64,000 bases of DNA from Acidimicrobiia bacterium (GCA_046091365.1 JBJTBM010000117.1:11030-75029), one strand, 5' to 3'. Positions 49,044 to 60,157 are shown, counted from the stretch's first letter. Made by a program: numbers and translations. The notes: a model not told the origin generated them from the letters alone.

Positions 49044-49772
49044 ATGTCCGATGACGACCTCTGGGAGACCCACGCGTCGTGGTGGATCGACGGTTTCACC
49101 GATGGTGCCGATCCGGAGTACGAGGAGCAGATCCTTCCGCTGGCGGCTGAGGAACTGGCGGGCTTCCCGCACGTGCTCGACGTGGGGTGCGGTGACGGAC
49201 AGGTGTCGCGCCTGGCGAGACGCATAGGAGCCTCGCTCGTGGTCGGCATCGACCCCACCCGCAATCAGATCGACGTCGCGGCCGGACGGGCCGGGGGTGC
49301 CCACTTCGCGCGGGCCGGGGCCGACCACCTTCCGTTCGCCGACGGCACCTTCGACGCGGTCGTCGCTTGTCTCGTTTTCGAACACATCGTCGCCGTCGAC
49401 ACGGCGATCTCCGAGGTGGCCCGGGTGCTGCGACCGGGCGGACGATTCTGTTTCTTCCTCAATCACCCGTTGTTGCAGACGCCCGGAAGTGGCTGGATCG
49501 ACGATCAGATCCTCGACCCGCCCGAACAGTATTGGCGCATCGGGCCGTACCTCGTCGAACAGCAGACTGTCGAAGAAGTGGAGAAGGACGTCTTCATACC
49601 CTTCGTGCACCGGCCCTTGAGCCGTTACCTGAACGCTCTCATCGCTCACGGTCTCCTGCTCGAGCGCATGGTCGAGCCGGCGCCACCACCGGGATTCCTC
49701 GCCCGCGCCACCGAGTACCAGGAGGCGGCGACCATCCCGCGCCTGTTGTACCTACGCACGGCGAAGTCCTGA
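49044..49772 (+). CDS. class I SAM-dependent methyltransferase
   Basis: VLDVGCGDG motif I and FDAVVACLVFEH. TAGGCT lies 6 nt upstream of the ATG. Confidence 0.8.
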   Translation: MSDDDLWETHASWWIDGFTDGADPEYEEQILPLAAEELAGFPHVLDVGCGDGQVSRLARRIGASLVVGIDPTRNQIDVAAGRAGGAHFARAGADHLPFADGTFDAVVACLVFEHIVAVDTAISEVARVLRPGGRFCFFLNHPLLQTPGSGWIDDQILDPPEQYWRIGPYLVEQQTVEEVEKDVFIPFVHRPLSRYLNALIAHGLLLERMVEPAPPPGFLARATEYQEAATIPRLLYLRTAKS

Positions 49773-49902
49773 GCCGGAGGGCGTGATCGTGCTCATCGAA
49801 ACTCGGTTCTGGACCCCCGAAAATCCTTCCGATCCATTCGCGTCGTCGACTCGCGACGCCAACGATTTCGAGCCCATTCGTCGGCTCGTGTTGGACGCTC
49901 GC

Positions 49903-49908
49903 TAGTTT
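49903..49908 (+). promoter_or_regulatory. -10 element TAGTTT for leaderless rapZ
   Basis: TAGTTT, a 7-nt spacer, then ATG at 49916. Confidence 0.45.
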
Positions 49909-49915
49909 TTCGGAC

Positions 49916-50761
49916 ATGGCCGACGTCCTCGTCATCACCGGTTTGTCGGGAGCGGGGAGGTCATCGACGGCCGGAGTGCTCGAGGATCTCGACTGGTACG
50001 TGGTCGACAACCTGCCGACTTCACTCGTCGACACGATCGTCGAACTGGCGAGCGTGCCGGGATCCGGGATCGAGCGGCTCGCGCTGGTCGCCGGTCGCCA
50101 ACACCTGGAGTTGATGCCGAAGGTGGCGCGGATGCGCGGCGAAGGTCATCGGGTGCGCGTGGTGTACCTCGATGCGTCGACCCGTGAGTTGGTGAAGCGC
50201 TACGAGGCGAGTCGCCGCCGACATCCTCTGGCGGCCGAAGCGGACGGGCTGGTGGAGTCCATCGAACTCGAGCGATCGTTGCTCGAGCCCATGAAAGGCG
50301 ATTGCGACCTGGTCATCGACACGACCGAACTCAACACGAATCAATTGAAGGCGAAACTGCTCGGGCTATTCGAGAGCGCCGAACGGGAGACTCTGCGCAT
50401 CGCCGTGGAGTCATTCGGGTTCAAACACGGTCTCCCATTGGACGCCGACATCGTGATGGATGTCCGTTTCCTCCCGAACCCACATTGGGACGAGGCGCTG
50501 CGGCCGCTCACGGGACTCGACGCCGCGGTCCGCGAGTATGTGCTCGGTCGCCCCGAGGCGGGGACGTTCGTCGACCACCTCGTGGGTCTGCTGGCCGGGA
50601 TCGTTCCGCAGTACGCGGCGGAGGGCAAGAGCTACCTGACCATCGCCGTCGGGTGCACCGGCGGCCGCCACCGATCGGTCGCCGTGGCGGCCGAGGTCGC
50701 GACGCGCTTGCAGGCGTCGGGGAATCCGGTGCGCGTCAATCACCGCGACATCGATCGCTGA
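49916..50761 (+). CDS. rapZ: RNase adapter / nucleotide-binding protein RapZ (YvcJ)
   Basis: VITGLSGAGRSS P-loop, VVDNLP, and the C-terminal GCTGGRHRSV motif. Confidence 0.9.
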   Translation: MADVLVITGLSGAGRSSTAGVLEDLDWYVVDNLPTSLVDTIVELASVPGSGIERLALVAGRQHLELMPKVARMRGEGHRVRVVYLDASTRELVKRYEASRRRHPLAAEADGLVESIELERSLLEPMKGDCDLVIDTTELNTNQLKAKLLGLFESAERETLRIAVESFGFKHGLPLDADIVMDVRFLPNPHWDEALRPLTGLDAAVREYVLGRPEAGTFVDHLVGLLAGIVPQYAAEGKSYLTIAVGCTGGRHRSVAVAAEVATRLQASGNPVRVNHRDIDR

Positions 50762-51892
<1,131 letters not shown>

Positions 51893-51896
51893 CGAC

Positions 51897-53021
51897 ATGA
51901 TCGACGGAATACCAACGCTCGACGATCTGGGCGACGTCGCGGGTCGGCGCGTCCTGGTGCGCACCGACTTCAACGTCCCGATGGAGACTTCTGCTGACGG
52001 CTCACGGCGCGTCACCGATGACTTCCGCGTGCGGGCCGCCCTTCCCACCATCGAGTGGTTGCGCGAACGCGGTGCGTCGGTCGTCTGCGCCAGCCATCTG
52101 GGACGTCCCAAGGGTGCTCCCGAAGACAAGTACTCCATGGCACCGGTCCGGGAACTCCTCGCGACGTTGGCACCGGGGGTCGAGTTGCTAGAAAACCTGC
52201 GCTTCGACGCCGGCGAAGAAGCCGACGATCCGCTCTTCGTCACCCGTCTGGTGTCGGGTATCGATGCCTACGTCGACGACGCCTTCGGTGCCGCGCACCG
52301 AGCCCACGGGTCGATCGTGGGACCGCCCCGCACACTTCCTTCGGCGATGGGTCGTCTGCTCGAGCGCGAGGTCGAGGTGTTGCTCGGACTGCGTCGACAC
52401 CCCAAGCATCCCTTCGTGGCGGTTCTCGGAGGGTCGAAGATCTCCGACAAGCTCGGTGTCGTCGAGTCGCTGCTCGACATCGTCGACGCGCTCGTCATCG
52501 GTGGGGCGATGTGTTTCACCTTCCTTGCGGCGCAGGGCTTCCCGGTCGGGGCGTCACTGTTCGAGCCGGACCAGGTCGAGACCTGCCGGCGGCTGCTCGC
52601 CACCGGCAAGTCCATCCATCTTCCCGAAGACATCGTCGGACTCGACGTCGACGGCAACTACGCCACATACGGACGCCGTCTGCCCGAAGGCGCCAAGGGT
52701 TTCGACATCGGACCGGGCTCGGCGGCGGCATTCAGCGACATCATCATGGACGCCCGCATGGTTTTTTGGAACGGACCGATGGGTATGTTCGAGGACGAGC
52801 GTTTCGCCAAGGGAACCCGGACTGTTGCTCAAGCGATGGCCGACACCAAGGCATTCACCGTGGTCGGCGGGGGAGACTCCGCCGCCGCCGTGGCACAGTT
52901 CGGTCTCGACGACGAGGTCGATCATGTGTCGACGGGTGGCGGAGCGTCGCTCGAATTGTTGGAGCTCGGCGACCTGCCGGGCCTGAAGGCTCTGAGAGAG
53001 GCCCCCAATGCCCGCGTCTAG
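51897..53021 (+). CDS. pgk: phosphoglycerate kinase
   Basis: VLVRTDFNVP, SHLGRPKG and FWNGPMGMFE. Confidence 0.95.
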   Translation: MIDGIPTLDDLGDVAGRRVLVRTDFNVPMETSADGSRRVTDDFRVRAALPTIEWLRERGASVVCASHLGRPKGAPEDKYSMAPVRELLATLAPGVELLENLRFDAGEEADDPLFVTRLVSGIDAYVDDAFGAAHRAHGSIVGPPRTLPSAMGRLLEREVEVLLGLRRHPKHPFVAVLGGSKISDKLGVVESLLDIVDALVIGGAMCFTFLAAQGFPVGASLFEPDQVETCRRLLATGKSIHLPEDIVGLDVDGNYATYGRRLPEGAKGFDIGPGSAAAFSDIIMDARMVFWNGPMGMFEDERFAKGTRTVAQAMADTKAFTVVGGGDSAAAVAQFGLDDEVDHVSTGGGASLELLELGDLPGLKALREAPNARV

Positions 53022-53790
53022 CCGTCGACCACTGATCAGTGGCAACTGGAAGATGAATCTCAACCATTACGACGCCATGCAGGTCGTGCAGAAGTTGAGT
53101 TATCTCGTCACCAAGGACGACGTCGAACGAGTCGATGTCTCGGTCCACCCGCCGTTCACCGACATCCGCACGGTGCAGACGACGCTCGAGAGCGATCGGA
53201 TCCCGTTCTTCCTCGGCGCACAGAACTGCCACTCGGAGGATTCCGGTGCGTTCACCGGCGAGGTTTCACCGGCTTTCCTCGCCAAGTTGAACGTCCGATA
53301 CGTCATTTGTGGGCACAGTGAGCGCCGTCAGTCGTTCGGAGAGACCGACCAGTTCGTGGCCGCCAAAGTCGCCGCCATCATCCGGCACAAGATGCACCCC
53401 ATCGTCTGCGTCGGCGAGACCCGTGAACAACGTGAGGCCGGCGAGGCCTTGGCGGTGGTCGGAGCCCAGGTGGTGGCGTCGCTCGCCGGGCGGGAGGCGA
53501 CCCAGTTCATGGATCTCGTCGTGGCCTACGAACCGATCTGGGCCATCGGCACCGGCCTCACCGCAACGGCCGCCGACGCGCAGGAGGTGTGTCGGCACAT
53601 CCGCTCCACAGTGGCGACCTCCTGGGGGACGGATGCCGCCAACGCCCTACGTATCCAGTACGGCGGATCGGTCAAAGCCGGCAACATCGGTGAACTGATG
53701 GCCCAGCCTGACATCGATGGCGCCCTCGTGGGCGGCGCGAGCCTCGACGCGGACGAGTTCGCGCGCATCGTCCAGTATCCGACCTCCTAG
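53008..53790 (+). CDS. tpiA: triosephosphate isomerase
   Basis: ISGNWKMN, CGHSERR, AYEPIWAIGTG and GGASL. Confidence 0.95.
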   Translation: MPASSRRPLISGNWKMNLNHYDAMQVVQKLSYLVTKDDVERVDVSVHPPFTDIRTVQTTLESDRIPFFLGAQNCHSEDSGAFTGEVSPAFLAKLNVRYVICGHSERRQSFGETDQFVAAKVAAIIRHKMHPIVCVGETREQREAGEALAVVGAQVVASLAGREATQFMDLVVAYEPIWAIGTGLTATAADAQEVCRHIRSTVATSWGTDAANALRIQYGGSVKAGNIGELMAQPDIDGALVGGASLDADEFARIVQYPTS

Positions 53791-53827
53791 GTCCGATGCC
53801 CGTTCGACACGGCGTATGATCGAGGTG

Positions 53828-54805
53828 ATGTCGGTCGATCAGGAGCCCAACACCGAGTCGGTGGCGACGCCATCGGGCCTGTCACCGTTGCAACTCGGGT
53901 TGCGGCGTTTTCGCCTTAATCGATGGGCGACCATCGCTTTCTGGGTCGTGTCCTTCTACGTGTTCGTGGCGATCTTCGCTCCGATGCTGGTGAAGATCCT
54001 CAACATCGACCCGTACGCCCTCGACCGTCAAGCGATCAACGACCTCGGACTTCCTGCCGGACCCTTGGGCGGCGTGTCGTGGGACCATCCCTTCGGGGTC
54101 GAACCGGGTACCGGTCGGGACATCCTCGGACGATTGATGTACGGGGCGCGAATCTCACTCATGATCGGCACCATCGGAACCTTTTTGACCACGGCAGTGG
54201 GCGTCACTTTGGGGATCGTGGCCGGATTGCGCAAAGGTTTCGTGGACGCCCTGATCAGTCGCGTCGGCGATGTCACCTTGGCCTTCCCCTCGTTGTTGCT
54301 GATCATCGCGTTGGCGAATCCGATGACGCAGCGCCTCGAATCCTGGGGAATCCCGGCGGGCAACACGGCGCGGCTGACCTACATCTTGTCGGTCCTCACC
54401 GTGTTCGGCTGGGTGTACATGGCCCGGCTGGTACGCGGACAGGTGCTGTCACTTCGTGAACGCGAGTTCGTCGAGGCGGCGCGTTCGTTCGGTGCCGGCA
54501 CCGGCCATTTGGTGTTCCGACAGCTGCTTCCGAACCTGTGGCCCCAGATCATCGTGTTCGTCTCCTTGAGCCTCCCGGGATACGTGGCTCTGGAGGCAAC
54601 GTTGTCCTTCCTGGGAGTCGGTTTGTTGGCCCCGGCCGCGTCGTGGGGCATCATGCTGGGCGATTCGGTGCGGTACTACCGCGCCGATCCGACGTACCTC
54701 TTCATCCCCGGTTTCATCCTGATGGTGCTGGTTCTGGCCTTCAACCTGCTTGGAGACGGCCTCCGAGACGCCTTCGACCCCCGTAGCGACCGCCAACAAC
54801 TCTGA
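53828..54805 (+). CDS. ABC transporter permease (DppC/OppC type)
   Basis: Six TM spans with an EAA-like loop (SLREREFVEAARSFGAG). TATGAT lies 7 nt upstream of ATG 53828. The ORF track extends upstream into tpiA. Confidence 0.85.
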   Translation: MSVDQEPNTESVATPSGLSPLQLGLRRFRLNRWATIAFWVVSFYVFVAIFAPMLVKILNIDPYALDRQAINDLGLPAGPLGGVSWDHPFGVEPGTGRDILGRLMYGARISLMIGTIGTFLTTAVGVTLGIVAGLRKGFVDALISRVGDVTLAFPSLLLIIALANPMTQRLESWGIPAGNTARLTYILSVLTVFGWVYMARLVRGQVLSLREREFVEAARSFGAGTGHLVFRQLLPNLWPQIIVFVSLSLPGYVALEATLSFLGVGLLAPAASWGIMLGDSVRYYRADPTYLFIPGFILMVLVLAFNLLGDGLRDAFDPRSDRQQL

Positions 54806-54888
54806 GGTCGGTACGGGACGGGCACCATCGCGCCAGTGGTAGGGTCGGGGCATCTCGCGGCCCCGGGCCGCACGAAGGGGAGGTAGCA

Positions 54889-56655
54889 ATGAGAATCAGA
54901 CGGATCTCCGTCGGGCTCATCGCCGTGGCCGCGCTTCTGTCGGCCTGTGGTGGTGGCGGCGGTGGAGCAAAGAGTGGTGAGGAGTCGGGCGGTCGCTCGG
55001 CGACCATGGATGGTGTCAAGGACGGCGGCACTCTGTACGTCCTGACGTTGCAGGAAGGGGCTTCCCACCTCGACCCGCAGCGCGTCTACACGGGCGCCGA
55101 ACTCGGCGCGTGGGGTTCCACGTTCACCCGTACGCTCACGACCTACAAGCCGGTCGAGGGCAAGGACGGCACGAGCTTGGTGCCCGACATGGCCACCGAC
55201 CTCGGCACCGCGTCGGACGACCTCAAGACCTGGTCGTTCACCATGCGCGACGGAGTCACGTGGGAGGACGGCTCGGACGTGACCTGCGCCGACATCGCCT
55301 ATGGCGTGTCGCGTACGTTCGCCGCTGAGGTGACCGCCGGTGAGGGACCGATGTACGCCTTGAGCTACCTCGACATTCCCGACGGCGACTCCGACTTCGG
55401 TAGCGCCTACCCCGGACCGTGGTTGGCCGATGCCGACCAGCAGGCCCTGTTCGACGAGGCAGTCAGCTGCGACGGCAAGACCATCACCTTCAAACTGAAG
55501 GTCCCGGTCGCCGACTTCAACTACACCGTCGGCCTATTGGCCTTCGCCCCGGTCCCCAAGGACAAGGACACCGCGGATCAGTACACTCTCGGACCCGTGT
55601 CGAACGGACCTTTCAAGGTGGAGAGCTACGAAGAGGGCAAGGAGATGGTGCTCGTTCGTAACGAGAATTGGAACAAGGACTCCGATCCCGTTCGCGAGCC
55701 CCACGTCGACAAGATCGTGTGGCAGTTCGGTGTCGAAGAGGCCGTGATCGACGAGCGCATGATCGCCGATGCCGGTGACGACCAGAACACCATTGTCTAC
55801 GGCGGAATTCTCCCGGAGAACCTGCAGACCGTGTTCGGCGACGATCAGTTCAAGGATCGCCGTACCGACGGTTTCGACGGCTTCGTGACGTACACCATGT
55901 TCAACGTCGAGAAGGTCAATTGCGTCGAAATGCGCAAGGCGATCTGGCTCGCCCTCAATCGCGAGGCGCTGCGCACCGCGGCGGGCGGACCGTTCACCGG
56001 CGAGTTTGCAAAGAGTTTCGTGGCCCCGCTGTTGGCGGCTGACTACGAGCCCGCCAAGCTGGTCGACGGCCTGAATGAAGACGGCATCCCGAATGTGGAA
56101 GCGGCCACGGCGATGTTGGACAAGGCCAAGGAGGCCTGCCCCGACGTCTACGAGCGCGCGACCGGCGAGGGCTTGCGCTTCGACCATCCCGACTCGGCCA
56201 CCTGGCAGAAGAATATCGCCATCTGGATCGACTCGCTGAAGGCCATCGGTGTGAACATCATCGACAACCCGATCGAGCCGTCGAAGTACTACGCGACCAT
56301 CAACGGTGACCGGGGCGACATGATGCGCGCTGGTTGGGCCGCCGACTGGGCGAATGCCTCGACGGTGATCCCGGAACTCTTCAGTGACGGTGGTGGTTTC
56401 AACTATCACAGCAACGAGAACGACCCAGCGTTCGCCGAGTTCCAGGCCAAGGTCGACGAGGCCAAGGCCGAGACCGACCGTGCCAAGCAGTCGAAGATGT
56501 GGAAGGAACTGAACCAGTACGTGATCGACCAGGTGTGGTCGATCCCCGGTTCGGCCAGCAAGAGCCAGAACCTCGTTGGTTCGAACGTTCGCGGTGCCTT
56601 CCAGTGGCTGCCGTTCGGCTGGTACAACCTCGGCGGAATCGGCCTCGCCGGCTGA
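54889..56655 (+). CDS. ABC transporter substrate-binding lipoprotein (family 5, peptide/nickel type)
   Basis: Lipobox LLSACGGGGG. The 588 aa length is typical of SBP family 5. The SD sequence GGGGAGG is upstream. Confidence 0.9.
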   Translation: MRIRRISVGLIAVAALLSACGGGGGGAKSGEESGGRSATMDGVKDGGTLYVLTLQEGASHLDPQRVYTGAELGAWGSTFTRTLTTYKPVEGKDGTSLVPDMATDLGTASDDLKTWSFTMRDGVTWEDGSDVTCADIAYGVSRTFAAEVTAGEGPMYALSYLDIPDGDSDFGSAYPGPWLADADQQALFDEAVSCDGKTITFKLKVPVADFNYTVGLLAFAPVPKDKDTADQYTLGPVSNGPFKVESYEEGKEMVLVRNENWNKDSDPVREPHVDKIVWQFGVEEAVIDERMIADAGDDQNTIVYGGILPENLQTVFGDDQFKDRRTDGFDGFVTYTMFNVEKVNCVEMRKAIWLALNREALRTAAGGPFTGEFAKSFVAPLLAADYEPAKLVDGLNEDGIPNVEAATAMLDKAKEACPDVYERATGEGLRFDHPDSATWQKNIAIWIDSLKAIGVNIIDNPIEPSKYYATINGDRGDMMRAGWAADWANASTVIPELFSDGGGFNYHSNENDPAFAEFQAKVDEAKAETDRAKQSKMWKELNQYVIDQVWSIPGSASKSQNLVGSNVRGAFQWLPFGWYNLGGIGLAG

Positions 56656-56675
56656 TTCCCCACAACGACTGACGT

Positions 56676-56706
56676 GGTGGGTGGTCGCCCGGAGCGACCA
56701 CCCACC
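56676..56706 (+). terminator. strong hairpin (attenuator / transcript-stabilising element) after the binding-protein gene
   Basis: Perfect 13-bp stem GGTGGGTGGTCGC-ccgga-GCGACCACCCACC. There is no T tract (an I-shaped hairpin of the actinobacterial type). Confidence 0.55.
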
Positions 56707-56726
56707 CTCAGTTCGGTCCGGCACCG

Positions 56727-57716
56727 ATGTTCTATTTCGTCATCCGTCGTACGGCCTTCGCCGTCTTCTTGTTGTTCGTCATCAGTGCCTTCACCTTTTG
56801 GATCTTCTCGGCCCTTCCGGCCGACCCGGCGGCTCTCACCTGCGGCAAGAACTGTCGCCCCGAGGTGATCGAAGCCAACCGTGAGCGTCTCGGCTACGAC
56901 AAGCCGATCATCGAGCAGTACGGCAGCTACATGAAGGGGATCTTCGTGGGCCGCGACTACGGCGAGGATGCCGCCGCCATCCATTGTCCGGCCCCCTCGC
57001 TCGGATATTCCTACGACCGACACGAGTGCGTGACGAGTCTGGTCTCGTCCACCTTGCCCGTCACGGCCTCGGTCGCGGCGGGAGCCTTCGTCTTGTGGAT
57101 GTTCATCGGCATCGGAATGGGCACCATTGCCGCGCTCAAACGCGGGAAGTGGCAGGACCGCGTCGCCACGATTTTCAGCGTGATCGGGGTGAGTTTCCCC
57201 ACCTTCTTCCTCGGGCTCCTGTCGATTCTCTTCTTCGTGATCTGGACGGGCTTGCTCCCGTTCCCGCGTTATGTGGGCATCACCGAGAATCCGGTCGAGT
57301 GGGCCACCGCATTGATCCTTCCGTGGTTCGTCCTGGCTCTCATCTCCGCCGCCACCTACGTGCGCATGACTCGCAACGGGGTACTCGAGGTCATGAACGA
57401 GGAGTTCGTGCGGCTGGGTATCGCCAAGGGTCTTCCCCGACGCCGGTTGATCGTGCGATACGTGTTGCGGGCCGCCTTGGTCCCGATCGTGACCATCGCC
57501 GGTCTCGATTTCGCCGTTCTCCTCGGTGGCGCACTGGTGACCGAGAGCATCTTCAATCTGCCCGGTCTCGGCAAACTGACGTTGGCCGCGGTGATCAACT
57601 CCGACCTTCCGATCCTGGTGGCGACGACTTTGGTGGCGGCCGTGTTCATCGTCGTCGCCAATGCCGTCGTCGACATCTTGTACGGCTATCTCGATCCGCG
57701 AGTGAGGGTGAAGTGA
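56727..57716 (+). CDS. ABC transporter permease (DppB/OppB type)
   Basis: 329 aa with six TM spans and an EAA loop (EEFVRLGIAKGL). Confidence 0.9.
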   Translation: MFYFVIRRTAFAVFLLFVISAFTFWIFSALPADPAALTCGKNCRPEVIEANRERLGYDKPIIEQYGSYMKGIFVGRDYGEDAAAIHCPAPSLGYSYDRHECVTSLVSSTLPVTASVAAGAFVLWMFIGIGMGTIAALKRGKWQDRVATIFSVIGVSFPTFFLGLLSILFFVIWTGLLPFPRYVGITENPVEWATALILPWFVLALISAATYVRMTRNGVLEVMNEEFVRLGIAKGLPRRRLIVRYVLRAALVPIVTIAGLDFAVLLGGALVTESIFNLPGLGKLTLAAVINSDLPILVATTLVAAVFIVVANAVVDILYGYLDPRVRVK

Positions 57717-58723
57717 ACGACGTCCTTCTGTCGGTGCGCGACCTTCACGTGACCTTCGGTACCGGTGAGGGCGATGTGCGGGCGGTGCAGGGCGTCTCAT
57801 TCGACGTCCGTGCCGGCGAGACGATCGCCATCGTGGGTGAGAGTGGCTCGGGGAAGTCGGTGACCGCGAACTCGCTGATGCGGCTCAACTTCGGAGTCGA
57901 CGTGCGGGTGAGCGGCCAGGTCCTGCTCCAGGGCCGTGATGTTCTGGCCATGACGGAGGAAGAAGCGCGCGGAGTTCGGGGTCGGGACGTGGCGATGATC
58001 TTCCAAGACCCGCTCACGGCCCTCAATCCCTTCTACACGGTGGGTCGCCAGATTGCTGAGGCCTACGAAATCCACCATCCCGGCACCACCAAGAAGGAAC
58101 TCCGCGAGATCGCCCTCGAGTCGCTGAACAAGGTGGGAATTCCCGAGCCCGGAAAGCGCGTCGATCAGTATCCGCACGAATTCTCGGGTGGTATGCGCCA
58201 GCGCATCGTCATCGCGATCGCGCTCGTGAACAGCCCGAAGCTGCTCATCGCCGACGAACCGACGACGGCTCTCGACGTGACGGTTCAGGCCCAGATCCTG
58301 GAGTTGATCGCGGCGATGCAGGCCGAGCACGGCTCGGCGGTGATTCTCATCACCCACGACCTGGGGGTGGTCGCCGAGATCACTGAACGTGTGATGGTGA
58401 TGTACGCCGGTCGGGTCGTCGAGTCCGCGTCGGTCGGTGATGCGTTCGCGCGGCCGACGCACCCGTACACACGAGGACTCCTGAAGTCGGTGAAGAGTCT
58501 CGATTCGCAACGGCACAGTCGGCTCGAGCCCATCCCGGGTATTCCACCGTCGCTGATCAATCTTCCATCGGGTTGTCCGTTCCACCCGCGTTGCACCTTC
58601 GCCGCCTCTCTCAACGGTCGATGCTCGGTCGAGGTCCCGGTGTTGAAGTCGGTGGGCGCGGGCCATTCGGCGTGCCATTTGTCCGACGAGCGACTGGCCG
58701 ATCTGCTGGGGGAGGAGGCATGA
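57713..58723 (+). CDS. ABC transporter ATP-binding protein (DppD/OppD type)
   Basis: Its GTG overlaps the permease stop (GTGA). Motifs are GESGSGKS, SGGMRQR, LLIADEPTTALD and a C-terminal oligopeptide-type Cys motif. Confidence 0.9.
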   Translation: MNDVLLSVRDLHVTFGTGEGDVRAVQGVSFDVRAGETIAIVGESGSGKSVTANSLMRLNFGVDVRVSGQVLLQGRDVLAMTEEEARGVRGRDVAMIFQDPLTALNPFYTVGRQIAEAYEIHHPGTTKKELREIALESLNKVGIPEPGKRVDQYPHEFSGGMRQRIVIAIALVNSPKLLIADEPTTALDVTVQAQILELIAAMQAEHGSAVILITHDLGVVAEITERVMVMYAGRVVESASVGDAFARPTHPYTRGLLKSVKSLDSQRHSRLEPIPGIPPSLINLPSGCPFHPRCTFAASLNGRCSVEVPVLKSVGAGHSACHLSDERLADLLGEEA

Positions 58724-59697
58724 GTGACGTCGTTCTCGAGGCCCGAGACCTCCGCAAGTACTTCCCGACGGGCACTTCGAAGCTCCTGCAGCGAGCCACG
58801 GATCTGGTGCAGGCCGTCGACGGCGTGTCGTTCGATCTGCAGAGGGGTAGCACGCTCGCGATCGTTGGCGAGTCCGGCTGCGGCAAGTCGACGCTCGGGC
58901 GCTTGTTGGCGCGGCTGATCGAGCCGACCTCGGGCTCGGTGCTACTCGATGGTGTCGACATCACGTTGGCGTCCGCCAAGCAATTGTTGGCGATGCGACG
59001 CGACATTCAGGTGGTGTTTCAGGATCCCTATGCGTGTTTGAACCCGAGGCACAGCATCGGACAGAGCATCGGGACTCCCATTCGTATCCAGAAGACATTG
59101 GGTCGCGCGGCCGAAAAGGCACGAGTGCGCGAGTTGATGGAGCTGGTGGGTCTGAATCCCGAGCACTACAACCGTTTCCCGCACGAATTCTCCGGTGGCC
59201 AGCGTCAGAGAGCCGGCATCGCACGGGCCTTGGCCCTGGATCCCAAGGTGATCGTCGCCGACGAGCCCGTGTCGGCACTCGACGTCTCCATTCAAGCGCA
59301 GATCCTGAACCTGTTGGAGGATCTGCAGGGACGGATGGGTTTGTCGTACGTGTTCATCGCCCACGATCTGTCGGTGGTACGCCAGATCGCCGACCAGGTG
59401 GCGGTGATGTACCTCGGCAAAATCGTCGAGATCGGTTCGCCAAGCGCCGTGTACGAGAACACCGCGCATCCCTACACTCGTGCCTTGTTGTCGGCGGTTC
59501 CGGTGGCCGACCCCGCCGCGGCCGCGGGTCGGCGTCGAATCGTGCTCACCGGAGACGTACCGAGTCCGGTGAACCCGCCCTCCGGGTGTCGTTTCCGCAC
59601 CCGTTGTCCCAAGGCGCAGGACCAATGCGCCGTCGAAGAGCCGGCTCTGGTCGACCGAGGGTTCGGTCACCCGGTGGCCTGCCATTTTCCCGGTTGA
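58720..59697 (+). CDS. ABC transporter ATP-binding protein (DppF/OppF type)
   Basis: Its ATG overlaps the previous stop (ATGA). Motifs are GESGCGKST, SGGQRQR and VIVADEPVSALD. Confidence 0.9.
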   Translation: MSDVVLEARDLRKYFPTGTSKLLQRATDLVQAVDGVSFDLQRGSTLAIVGESGCGKSTLGRLLARLIEPTSGSVLLDGVDITLASAKQLLAMRRDIQVVFQDPYACLNPRHSIGQSIGTPIRIQKTLGRAAEKARVRELMELVGLNPEHYNRFPHEFSGGQRQRAGIARALALDPKVIVADEPVSALDVSIQAQILNLLEDLQGRMGLSYVFIAHDLSVVRQIADQVAVMYLGKIVEIGSPSAVYENTAHPYTRALLSAVPVADPAAAAGRRRIVLTGDVPSPVNPPSGCRFRTRCPKAQDQCAVEEPALVDRGFGHPVACHFPG

Positions 59698-59703
59698 CGC
59701 CGT

Positions 59704-59709
59704 TAGGCT
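59704..59709 (+). promoter_or_regulatory. -10 element TAGGCT for secG
   Basis: TAGGCT, an 8-nt spacer, then GTG at 59718. Confidence 0.4.
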
Positions 59710-59717
59710 TTCCGACC

Positions 59718-59957
59718 GTGCGTGACGTGGTGATGTACTTCATGGTGGTCGTCAACATCGTGTCGACGATCGGCATGGTGGCCGGCATCCTCATGCACAG
59801 CGGCAAGGGCGGCGGACTCTCCGACATGTTCGGTGGCGGAAGCGGTGCGGGAATCGGTTCGGCGGCCGCCGAACGCAACCTTAACCGCATCACCTTCGTC
59901 ATCGCGCTCGTCTGGGTGGTGTCGATTCTGAGCCTCGGTTTCCTGCTGGTTCGTTGA
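59718..59957 (+). CDS. secG: preprotein translocase subunit SecG
   Basis: 79 aa with two TM helices and a Gly-rich loop (HSGKGGGLSDMFGGGSGAG). An alternative start is ATG 59733. Confidence 0.8.
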   Translation: MRDVVMYFMVVVNIVSTIGMVAGILMHSGKGGGLSDMFGGGSGAGIGSAAAERNLNRITFVIALVWVVSILSLGFLLVR

Positions 59958-59972
59958 GCCTCGGGTCACCGG

Positions 59973-59978
59973 TATTGT
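59973..59978 (+). promoter_or_regulatory. -10 element TATTGT for tRNA-Leu
   Basis: TATTGT ends 11 nt before tRNA position 1. Confidence 0.35.
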
Positions 59979-59989
59979 CAGAGTTCCAC

Positions 59990-60076
59990 GTCGAAGTGGC
60001 GGAATAGGCAGACGCGCTAGCTTGAGGGGCTAGTGATCGTAAGATCGTGGGGGTTCAAGTCCCCCCTTCGACACCA
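59990..60076 (+). tRNA. tRNA-Leu (anticodon GAG), class II with a long variable arm and CCA encoded
   Basis: Acceptor stem GTCGAAG/CTTCGAC with A73 and CCA. The anticodon arm is CTAGC-TTGAGGG-GCTAG. The variable arm is TGATCGTAAGATCGT. The T arm is GGGGG-TTCAAGT-CCCCC. Confidence 0.9.
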
Positions 60077-60086
60077 CACCCACTTT

Positions 60087-60110
60087 GTGACAGATTGTCG
60101 CTTTGTGTAT
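60087..60110 (+). terminator. hairpin 1 after tRNA-Leu (palindrome GTGACA-gat-TGTCGC) with a T-rich tail
   Basis: 6-bp stem including one G-U pair, a 3-nt loop, then TTTGTGTAT. Confidence 0.4.
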
Positions 60111-60128
60111 ATGCGGGGTGTACACAAT

Positions 60129-60157
60129 GCGACAATTTGTCGCATTTTGGTGTTTTT
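60129..60157 (+). terminator. hairpin 2 after tRNA-Leu (palindrome GCGACA-att-TGTCGC) with a T-rich tail
   Basis: Perfect 15-nt palindrome followed by ATTTTGGTGTTTTT. Confidence 0.5.
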
